This document shows, one piece after another, positions 36,500-47,017 of a stretch of DNA of 64,000 bases. The stretch is from Negaprion brevirostris (lineage: Eukaryota). Numbering within the stretch: the first letter of the stretch is position 1; each line of letters opens with the position of its first letter. Location: assembly GCA_030324005.1 (NCBI GenBank), contig JARDVH010000179.1, forward strand, positions 5,794,776 through 5,858,775, written 5' to 3'. The notes below the pieces were generated by a model. That model was not told where the DNA came from, did not search any database, and worked only from the letters and a program-made list of their open reading frames with translations. The position numbers and the translations under genes are program-made.

Positions 36500-37445
36500 A
36501 CAATGCTCATTTTATTACTGCTTTTAGAGTATTGTATACAGTTTTGGTCCCTTTATTTGAGAAGGGATATATGCATTGGAGGTGGTTCAGAGGAGGTTCA
36601 CTAGGTTAATTTGAGATTAGGAACTCAACTTACGAGAAGGAATCGAGCAGTTTAGGCCTACACTCCCTGGAGTTTAGAAGAATGAGAGGAGATCTAATTG
36701 AGGTGCACATGATAAGGAGGATTGACAAAGTAGATGTGGAGAGGATGTTTCCCTTTGTGGGGCAATCTAGAACAAGAGGTCATAGTTTAGGATAAGAGGA
36801 TTTAAAACAGATGAGAGGAAAATTACTTCTCTCAAATGGTTCTGAGTTTGTAGCGTTTGCAACCCTAGAGTGCGCTGGATACCAGGACTTTGAGCAAATT
36901 TAAGGAAGAGAACAAAGAACTAAGAAAATTACAGCACAGGAACAGGCCCTTTGGCCCTCCAAGCCTGCAATGATCATACTGCCCGACTGATCTAAAACCT
37001 CTACCCTTCTGGGGACCATATCCCTCTATTCCCATCTCATTCATGTATTAGTCAAGACGCCCCTTAAAAGTCACTACCGTATCTGCTTCCACTACCTCCC
37101 CGGTCAAGTTCCAGGCATCCACCACTCTGTGTAAAAAAAGCCGCCTCGTACATCTTTTTTATAACTTGCCCCTCGCCCTTAAACCTACAACCCTTAGTAA
37201 TTGAATCTTCCACCCTGGGAAAAAGCTTCTGACTATCCATTCTGTCCATGCCTCTCAATCTTGTAGACTTCTATCAGGTCTCTCCTCAACCTCAGTTGCT
37301 CCAGTGGACAGATTATTATTTAGTCAGAGTTTGAAGGGATATGGTGAACAGGCAGGTAAGTGATGTTGAGAGTGAAATCAGACATGACCGCATTAAATGG
37401 TGGCGTAGTCAAGGATCTGAATGGCTACTCCTGCTCCTGATTTTT
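36500..37445 (+). mobile_element. CR1-type LINE 3' region interrupted by an inverted CR1 insertion
   Basis: LEYCIQFWSLYLRRDI; host breaks at aaatttaaggaagaga (about 36911) and resumes gacagatt (about 37306). Confidence 0.8.
36912..37305 (-). mobile_element. Nested CR1-type LINE 3' end
   Basis: Minus ORF MRGMDRMDSQKLFPRVEDSITKG is a CR1 ORF2 C-terminal remnant; tail ends in ttctttgt repeats. Confidence 0.85.
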
Positions 37446-37999
37446 ATGATTAAAGGAAAAAAACAAAATCCCATTTGGAAGTTTTCTGGATTGTTATTGT
37501 CAATTTCAACAGTCCTTCAAAACTTCATGCAACCATACCAGAAAAATCACCTCACGCTCTGACCCCATTGGTGTTATACCTTTTAGTATGCATTTGGTCA
37601 GAGTTATTTGATGCCAGTTATTGCAAAATATAATGATAGTATTTGCAAGAAATCAGGGGAAAATCCTCAACTTTAGCAAAGCAATTACTACTGTCACCTA
37701 GTACAGAGTACCCCATGCAAAAGAGAAATTGAACGAGAGATTGGGAATACAAGTTTACTTCGTTAGCCAAAATCATCTGTAAAGTCAGGTGTGATGAGTA
37801 TGTCTTAGTTCTCCTTTTCAAGTGAGTGATCATAATCCTATTATCCCTAGAAGTGAGTGAGGACAAGAAAGGGATAGGATTTCCAGCGTTAACCCTGTGG
37901 TAAATGCCATCAGGACTCTCAGAAGACCACAGATCACTTTGGGCCATTACCACAAGTAATCAGAGATTTTGAGAGAAGCAAAAATAAAGTAACCTGAGG

Positions 38000-38435
38000 A
38001 GCACACAAGGAGCGGCTGGATAGACTGGAACTTTTCCCCTCAAGTGTTGGAGACTTAGGGGTGATCTGATAGAGGTCTATAAAATGAGGGACATAGATCA
38101 GCTAGATGGTTAGTATCTTTTCTCAAAGGTAGGGGAGTCTAAAACTAGAGGGCATAACTTTAAAGTTGAGAGGAGAGAGATACAAAACAGCTCAGAGGGA
38201 CTATTTTTTCACACAGGGCGGTGAGTGTCTGGAACAAGCTGCCAGAGGTAGTAGTGGNNNNNNNNNNNNATTGTGTCTTTTAAAAAGCATTTAGAAAGTT
38301 ACATGGGTAAGATGGGTATAGAGGGATATGGGCCAAACGCAGACAACTGGAACTAGTTTAGGAGTTTAAAAAAGGGCAGCGTGGCAAGTTGGGCCAGAGG
38401 GCCTGTTTTCATGCTGTAAGCCTCTTTGACTCTAT
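38000..38435 (+). mobile_element. CR1-type LINE 3' end
   Basis: High similarity to 23700-24108 and 1-290. Confidence 0.85.
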
Positions 38436-39639
38436 GAAAAGCTAACCACAATGCAGGGGTGTCCTCCAGAGCACTAAGAACAAGCCAAAATAGCCAAACC
38501 TTCAATTTAGGCCAATGTAACACAATTGAAAGCAACAGCTTTCTCTATATATTCCTCCTTTGCAAGACCTTACTCTATTTTCTAAAATTATCTTAACAAG
38601 GAAAATGCAATATAGGTTACAGTTTCCTGGTGCGCTGAGAATTTTCCCTTTGGGAAAATCTAACGAGAAAAGAAGCTTAATAATATGGTATTATATTTAT
38701 GCTGTAAAGCTGCATTTATTGGTCGACCCCCAATTCCTGGGCTACCCAATGGCTTCCAAAGCAATACAAGGCAGCATTAAAAGTTCAGACTGTAAAGTGG
38801 ATCAGGAATCAAGAGACAGTAGATAGTGGATGGGTTACATTGTCCGGCTGACGGACAATTTTAATCAGTTGAATATTTGTGTCGAAGTGCTTTAGTATCT
38901 CTTTTTCCAATGACAGTCCACGAATTACCCGATTTATTGAATTCAATTTCACAACTGTGACCACTAGGTCAATAACTCAGGATCATGGTCATTACATGAA
39001 TGTCCAATCATTACATTAACGTCCAATCAGTCTGGAATCAAAATGCACGTGCATGCTTTGTTAGTGGTCAAATCTATTTTGTTGTTAATGGGGCGGCAGG
39101 AAGTACGTAAGGCACATTTTCTCCAACATCTATCCAGCATCATCTCAAAATTCAGAGTTACCAACAGTGAGAGGACACAGTGGTTTCTTCACACTACCTC
39201 AAATGTTAAGGTAGCATAGGAAGCATGAATCACCAATAAAGCAGAATGCAGACTTTGGTGTTAAGTTACAGACATTGCCATGTTCACTCAAACTGCAATC
39301 CAATACTCTGTTGGCTGCACACGGGAGTTACAAGCTTATCCTTCAACCCAGATTAGCAATGTTTCACTGTATATGAAAAGTTACTTCAACTGACAGACTT
39401 TTTCAATCAGGTGCTATCCCACTCACAGACTGACCTCGTTTGCCCTCAGCTTCCTAAAATGCTCCAATGAAGGTCAGTATAAGTTCAGGGAAAAGCATTA
39501 TCATCTTTCAATTAAGTACGTAATGGTCTTCTAGACTTAATTTTAGATCATGCATTGCTTTTTGTTTTCAGGTGGCAGATATCGTGGATAATTCTGTTTT
39601 CCCATTTACCCCATTCCTAGACCTCTTTTCATTACTTGA

Positions 39640-39810
39640 TTCATTAACATCCTCCCTACCTTGCGGCATCCATTTTATCAGTGACAGTTTTTTGTTCATC
39701 TTTCACTCCCTTTCCCTGCCTCAGAACTTATTTAAAAACAGTCACATCTGTAACTTCTTCCAATTCTGACGAAAAGACAAAGATGAAAAGTTAACACTTT
39801 CTCCCACTAT
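39640..39810 (+). mobile_element. Penelope-like pLTR fragment with hammerhead core
   Basis: ttCTGACGA-aaagacaaagat-GAAaagttaac at about 39766-39795. Confidence 0.5.
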
Positions 39811-39949
39811 AGAAAAATTCAGGTATGACACCATCTATCAGTGGGTTGCTTTTTCCAATCAGTCACACTGTGCACATGACGTGTGAAGTCTGTCTGTTGA
39901 TTGGGCTAAAAAGCAACAGGGCCACTAAAAATATTTTCACATTTATAGG

Positions 39950-42730
39950 AGCAAGCGTGAGTGCTACAATCAGAGCCTGATCAAATCCAACGCAAGTAGT
40001 TATTTTGACGCTTTGGTCACAAGTTTATCCTGAAAGTATCTCCTCTTAGGCAGTTTCTCAGGCTCAAGTACAACTTGCTTCCATTTCAGTCCAATGGTTC
40101 TGAGATCATGCATAATTTGCAGACTTTCAACTGTAGGGCAGATGGTGCTTATAAGGTCAGAAAGATGACTTGTTTGGAAGTTTGCACACTCCCGGCACCT
40201 TAACTTCACCTTGGTGCATTCCCAAAGTCTCAAACTGTTCAGCACCTTCCCAAATGAACCTTTTCCATTTCAGTCAATCACTTGCTTCCCTAAGTCAGTG
40301 AGGATACCTGACCTCGTCAGGGACATTTTTAGGGCATCATGAAAGTATATCTGCTATTCCCGTGACTGAGTAAGAGCTTCAGGACGCTGGTTTCAAACAT
40401 TCAAACTGAGCTGGATTTGAGTGATTGACACTTGATGTTAAGCGTATTGGCTTGAGATAGGATGTTGCCGTTGGATGCCTTTCTTTCGGAGAATCCTGTG
40501 AAGGAACCATTGCTTTGAGGTGCCTGTGCTAGGTTTTAATTCTTTAAAGGATAAGAGAGCCGCAGGGCAGCACAGTGGTTAGCACTGCTGCCTCAGCTCC
40601 AGGGCCTGGGTTTGATTCCTGGCTTGGGTCACTGTGTCTGGAGTTTGCACATTCTCTCCATGTCTGTGTAGGTTTCCTCCGGGTGGTCCGGTTTCCTCCC
40701 AAATATGTGGGGGTTAGATTGATTGACCATGCTAAATTGCCCCTCAAGTGTCCCGGGATATGTAGGTTAGAGGGATTAGTGGGGTAAATGTGTGGGGTTG
40801 TGGGGATAGGACCTGGGGTGGGACCATTGTCAGTGCAGACTTGAGCTGAATGGCCTCCTTCTGCACTGTAGAGTTTCTATGATTCTATATGCATGAAGAT
40901 CACTGTTGCCCAATAAGCGATGTCCTTAATCTCTCGGTTTGAGATTCTGGCCCTCCAATACCTTCTTAGTGGCTAAAAGGCTGAGCTGGAACTTTGTCAT
41001 CTATGTCAGCCTTTGTCAAGGGGAGGCTCCCAAGGTACAGAAAATGGTCCAGATTCCAGGATGTCACCATTGATCTTACTTAAAAGTGGGAGGTGCTGTG
41101 CTGTGGGAACTGGTTGGAAAAGTGTTTTTGATTTCTGGCTATTTAGTGAAAGGCCCATTTCCCATGCTTCTGAGATGGAATCGACTATGATCTGGTGCTT
41201 AGTTTCAGCGGGCAGAGGCAAAAGCATCATCTGAATACTGAAACTCTGTGACTGCAGATGGAGTGACTCTGGCTTCAGACTGAAGGCAGCACAGATTAAA
41301 CAGCTTCCTGTCTGTGCTACTGTTGATTATCTCCATGTCCAGCAAACTGCTCAAACGTGAAGTGCATTACACTAAGGAAGATGGAGCGAAGTGTAGGCGT
41401 GATGACACAACCTTGTTTGATTCCAGTCTTCAAAGTTCTGTTGGGAGAAACATGGCTTGCATATCACCATGGATCAGGGGAGAATGGTGACAAGTTGCCG
41501 CAAACACACAGATGCTCCATAAGCCTTCACAGTCGACAGAGGCAAAGGTCTTTGTGAGATTGATAAGAAGATTTTGTAGCAGGTGGTCCTGTTCTTCGAA
41601 TTTTTCTTGGCATTCGCTGCACTGAAGATCACATCGCCTCAATGGGTGAAAAATGCACTATGATTATGAAAGGAGCTCTTTGACCGTTGGGAGATAACAG
41701 AGGAGGATCCTTGTGGGAATCTTCTCCCTGGTAGATAGCAAGTAGACCTTCCTATAGTTACGTCAATCAGATTCATCACCCTCCATGAATACAGTCACAA
41801 TCACAGCATCCCTGAAATCTCCCTATTCTTCCTGGATGATGGGTAGGAGATTGTGCACATGCCAGCAATGTATCTCTTCAGGCTTTCAGAATTTCAGCAG
41901 GAATTCCAACTTCTCAAGAGGTTCCCTTGTTTTTCAGCTGTCAAATGGCATTCCAGTCCTTGGTGGTGCCAAGGCAGTGCTGAACAGGTCAGAGGAACAG
42001 GAATTGAGTTGAATTGTTCAAGTCAAAGATGGTCTGGGTGAGGTATTCTTCCGAATCTTCTCTCGCAAGTACCATCTACTTTCATTTTCTTCATTAGAAG
42101 TGCCTGTGCTATAGATAACCATGACAAGGCACAGATTGCTGGTGAGTGCGGTTTCCCATGCCATTTCTGCCCACCATTTGTACTTTTAGTTTGGGGATTT
42201 TATATTGTACCATTCTGACAATGTTGGGTCCCTTTAAGAGCGAACCAAGACCAGCTTCAGAGTGAATTGAGAGCAGGTAATGTTCATTGAAGCTTGTATT
42301 TAAGTGCTGGGTTTTAACTCCCAGTTGAGGAGTTGCTTCTGAACAGGCAGCGGACTCAGGAGGGTAAGGTGGAAACCAGTCTTTGTACTGGACCATCGTT
42401 TCACAAAAGAATAGTTGTGAACTATCCTCTAATTCAGTAAAATGGATATCCATCAATTTAACAACGTTGCCTTCAGATGGTAGTAGAAGAAAGCTTCTAC
42501 TCACGCTGGATGGGGTCCTGTATCTGTCATTTTAGTCAGGCCACTCACAATGTTATCTGGCAGAAGCACCAGGGGCCTCCCTAAAGCACTTGATATGAGA
42601 AATCTTTCCCTCAGGATTCACACAATGGTGAAGCCCAATACCAAAATAGTGCAAGGAAAGTATGTCTCCAGGTCAACATTTCAATTTTGCCTGCACTGTC
42701 TGGAGAGTGCGTGGATATTCTGAAAACAAT
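39950..42730 (-). mobile_element. Decayed RTE-clade non-LTR retrotransposon (reverse transcriptase remnant)
   Basis: Minus-strand fragments LTKTFASVDCEGLWS, TGIKQGCVITPTL and EFQYSDDA match RT motifs DLTKAFD.V.R..LW, GVKQGC..APTLF, YADD; many frameshifts; ends approximate. Confidence 0.8.
40565..40889 (+). mobile_element. HE1-like SINE, full length, inserted in the RTE remnant
   Basis: gggcagcacagtggttagcactgctgcctc head; gaatggcctccttctgcactgtag..ttctatgattctat CR1-type tail. Confidence 0.88.
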
Positions 42731-43109
42731 TGGTGAATACTTTCAGGCCACTTAATCACCAGCCTAAGAGTTAGCTCAACATTAACGAGCAAATCTCCTG
42801 CCTACTCCAAAGTTAATGGTGAGTGGGTCATTTATTACTAATAGCAAACACTAAGTCCAGCAGCTGTCAAAACCAGTTATTACAGAGCATCACTGAATTT
42901 CAGTCCAAACTTACAAACACTTGGCAGTAGTTTCTAAGTAGCTCCAATACATGGATTAGTCTTTTTTTTTTAAGATCAGTGACTCCAGAGNNNCACAAGC
43001 CAGGTTAGCAGCCAAAAACACACAGCACAGGTGCAGGACAGGGGACAGCAACATCTACAAACTCATTCAACCATGTACATTTATTAATAAAAAAATCCAA
43101 AACACGTCA

Positions 43110-43610
43110 GAACCATTATAGGACAAAATTTGATGAGCTGCAGAAGGAGATACAAGGACAAACGGTCAAAGAATACAGGTTTAAGGAGTGTGCTAAAGAA
43201 GGCACGTGAGGTACAAAAGCAAAGAGGTGTAGGTAGAGGGCATTCCAGAGCTTGCGGGTCTAGACAACTGAAGGCATGGCCACCATAATGCAGGAATTAA
43301 AATCAGGTTGCTTAAGTGACCAGAAAGAAAGAACAGATATGGTGATGGGGGAGATTACAGAAATACAGATTTGAAATCAAGAAATTGTTTGGTTAGGGAC
43401 CAATGCAACTCAGTGAGCACAGGGGTGATTGATGAGCAGAACTAGGACACCGGCAAAAGCTTTAGCTGACTTCCAGTTTACGATGGATAGAATTGTGGGA
43501 AACCAGCCTGGAGTGCGTTGAAACAGCCAAATCTACAGCCAACAAAGCCAGAGAGTTTCAGCAGATGAGCTAAGATGGGTGCAAAACGAGGCAATGTTAA
43601 GCAGGTGACA
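43110..43610 (-). mobile_element. L2-type LINE 3' fragment
   Basis: ggtttaaggagtgtgctaaag..gcattccagagcttg..aaggcatggccacc resembles reverse-complemented L2 ORF2 end; recalled consensus only. Confidence 0.5.
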
Positions 43611-44127
43611 AAGATTCTTGGCCGATTAGATAGAGATGTTTAAAATAATGAAGGGTGACAATAGCTGTTTTCTCCCCAAGAGGTTAGCAGACCTAATGAC
43701 CAAGTTGTCGGCTCACGCTGTGTGTGAATGCTCTGCTTTTAAAAGAGTGCTTTATGTGTAATGGGCTGGGCAGGTCATCATGGCATATGAAAGGCAAGTA
43801 AAATTGATGGCCAATCTGGACCAGGACTAGTTTTGATCAGCTAAAGATGTCAGAGGGGAATTTTCCAAAGTTTTTCTTATCGATATCAAGGATTTAAAAC
43901 ATCATTTTTGTCATCTCACTCATGATTGCTGATGAGTATATGGCATTATAACGATATGGAGCAGTTCATCTTTTCCTATAATGACATTTTGTCCTTTACT
44001 TTGCTAATCCTACACTAGTGACAATTAATCCTAATCAATTTGAATTGGTTTTATAAATTTGGAACTTCCATCGCATTGCAAAGTCTCTTTCATAAAATCC
44101 CAGGGCATTAGAAGCCTTTAGACCTCA

Positions 44128-44253
44128 GGTGGAATTTACCCATCCTGCCCGCTACAGGAATCGTAATGGGCAGGGCACAGACCATGCAAAGATGCAGTGA
44201 CCTTGGGCAGGATTTTCCAGTCTTGGGGTGAGCAAGGCCAGAAAATCTCACCC
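44128..44253. mobile_element. About 126 bp MITE-like element
   Basis: Reverse complement aligns end to end with 56066-56192; imperfect terminal inverted repeats. Confidence 0.65.
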
Positions 44254-44264
44254 ATCGAGTTAGC

Positions 44265-44515
44265 ACCAACTCTGGCCCAGGCCTTATCCCTATAACCACC
44301 ACATTTACCATGACTAATCCCCCTAACCTATACAACTTTGAATACTAAGGGACAATTTAACATAGCCAAACCACCTAACCTGCACAGCTTTGGAGGAAGC
44401 CCATGCAGACATGGGGAGAATGTGGAAATGCCACACAGTCACTCAAGGTGGGAACTGAACCCAGGTCCCTGGAGCTGCGAGGCTGCAGTGCTAATCACTG
44501 TGCCACCATGCTGCC
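44265..44515 (-). mobile_element. HE1-like SINE
   Basis: gaactgaacccaggtccctggagctgcgaggctgcagtgctaatcactgtgcc head on minus. Confidence 0.82.
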
Positions 44516-46897
44516 TTCCCCCCTGAGCTTTCCCAATGAAAGATGGAGTCACTGCAGTGCATGAAGTTAAGAGGAACAATAACACTGCCATGTGGCACAA
44601 GAGGTACCTACCGCAAGATCAAAATGAATTAGGATTGAGCACATAAATCAAGTCACCCTTCACAGCTTCTCCAAGCAGCTATTCTTAATGTTTGAGCACC
44701 AATACCAAGGGTTACCTGCCAGTGATCATACCCAATCCTCTGTCCACCTAACCTTAGAACATGCCAACTTTATGGCTGGAGTGACTGGAAAGTAAACTGG
44801 AGCAAGAACATTGGCTGCTTTTTAACCATAAATAGGCCAGGAGCAAGAAGCCAAAAGAAGCATTCTTATCACTCAGAGGCAGAGTGAAACGTAGGCCTGA
44901 AACTGAAACTAGAAGACAAGTAAAAATTTTTCAAAAGGCTGCATTAAAATACAAATCTCAAAAAGCCACACAAATCTTGAGATTGTGTTCTAACTCGTGC
45001 TTCTGAATTTGTGTTGTGTTTGGTAGGGTTCAGATTTAACACGAAGACTGAAAATAAACCTATGTCATATTGGATAACTGTTTTGCTGGACGAGGCTGGA
45101 TTTCCAGTCTTCAACTGATTTCAGTTAGATCAACTGTTAGTGTACTAAATTATCCTAATAGGTCTGATCGATGCCTTGGGACCGCCAGTGATGCATAAAG
45201 AGTCAGTGCCCTCAGGGAAATGAAAAGAGGATTAAGACAAGACAAGCAATATGATGCTTGTGAAATCCAAATTACACAGTACCTCATTGCTCTTGATTTC
45301 ATTTCCAAAATGCCACAAATTATTCAGAATTTTGCAACATCGAAGGCTACCAGATAAGCTATAGTTACCAAGGAAACGAGTTGTCTGATCTCACTAGTTC
45401 CAAATAAACAAGAGTGCAATTCTGCAACACAGCATACAAAACTGTGCAGAATGCCTCAAACAGGCTTTAACTGGACAACCCTATCTAAAGAAAAGATAAA
45501 CTTCAACCTTCGAAACAACTCCCAAGTCAGTGAGTGACTGTATCGCAATGACAACAGGAACAATGAAATCAGTCAGAAGTTTCATTAGCTTATGACCAGC
45601 CACCTGTAGGGAGTGAAAAATCAGGAGTGGAGGATGGAAAACCCGGTGAGATAATGCATCATAACTCTCTGCTAAATAGTGCAACTTAAATTCAATACGA
45701 AAACTTCGAGGAATGTTTAGCTCATGATGGAAACAGTCTGTAGACATACTGAAAAGGAAAATTGGGGTAAAGGTTGCATCACACAGACTTGAAACATTCA
45801 TCCCTTTAAATACCCACAATGAGAGCTGCAGTCTATAACAACCATTAAGAGTAAGAATAAATGATTTTGTGGCCTTAGGAGGCTGTGCATCAAACGTGGG
45901 TTGCTTCATAAACTCTTCAAAACATCCAATGTTGGCCAAACAAAAGTGCAGTACAAATGCTTTTAAAGTGCAAAAGCTGAAAGCATACCATTTCCATACC
46001 ACAATGACAAAAGATGCACTGTCCATAACTTGGCCCAATATTACTTTTCCCTGGGATGCGGGGGAGGAAGAAAGAAAGGAATATGCTTTTATCAAGCCTT
46101 GGTTATCATACTGTTGAGACCAGGACATGAAATTCTCGTGTTACCAGATGTGCAAATCATTCATTGCTGGTTTCGTGAAAGAACCAGAGGGAAAAAAAGC
46201 AACTTCAATTCCAATCAACTCAGTTTGGTAAAACAGACAAGGCTCTGGCTCAGTGCATCATTAGTCTCCTACTTTATGTAAAATATTTAGATACAAGTAT
46301 TGCCATATTAGCAAGGATCATCATTACAATTAATTGATTACATGAATTTTAACTCTGATTCAATTTGTAGGTGAGGCTGCTGTTCTTGAATTAATAAGAT
46401 TGTTCATTATAAAGAGTAACAGTACCATGTAGACTTATTCATTCATAGCTCAGTTTCAGGAAATCAAAACATCTTACCCCCACCTGCAATTAAATCATTT
46501 GAATGAAAAAGTACCATGTTAGCTTTGGTACATAACCAGAAATAAACATTTTTTTTTTAAAATCACTTTCAACCCAGTAAACCAAATTAACTAGATTTAC
46601 CACCATACCTCTCAACTGTACTGTTTTAAAATCACTGTGCCCCAACAGGAAGCTTCACCACTGAGCCAAGTAGCAGCGCAGTGCAAGCAAGTAAAATTAG
46701 CCAAAATGGCGACTCTACAGATGCCACACTGCCTCCAAACTAGAGCCTGAATTCCAGCATTCAACATGTTGCAGTTTGAGAGGTATGTGCACCGTAAAAT
46801 CAAGGCTATTTATTATATGTACAAACAAATTGACTTTAGCCTTGACCCCAGCCTATTTTGCCTAAGGATCTACTTCACAAGGTTGCACTACACCAAC

Positions 46898-47017
46898 CTT
46901 TTCTGCCTGGTTTCTTCCCAGAGCTCAGCTGGCCGCTAACGTCATGTAACCTGGTATCCAGCTCACTCTTCGAGTCTAGCTGGAGGTCATCGTTCGATTT
47001 CCCTGGGACTTTTTTCA
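46898..47017 (-). CDS. brd4: BRD4 extra exon: post-ET coiled-coil segment ([40 protein letters not shown])
   Basis: tttgcag|TG acceptor, AAAAG|gttggt donor, 120 nt phase 1-1, open in the frame set by flanking exons; matches BRD2/BRD3 [13 protein letters not shown] motif. Confidence 0.85.

Noticed and set aside
45481-46128. 215-aa minus-strand ORF
   Set aside because: No recognisable domain, non-ATG start, no compatible splice sites noted; likely chance ORF
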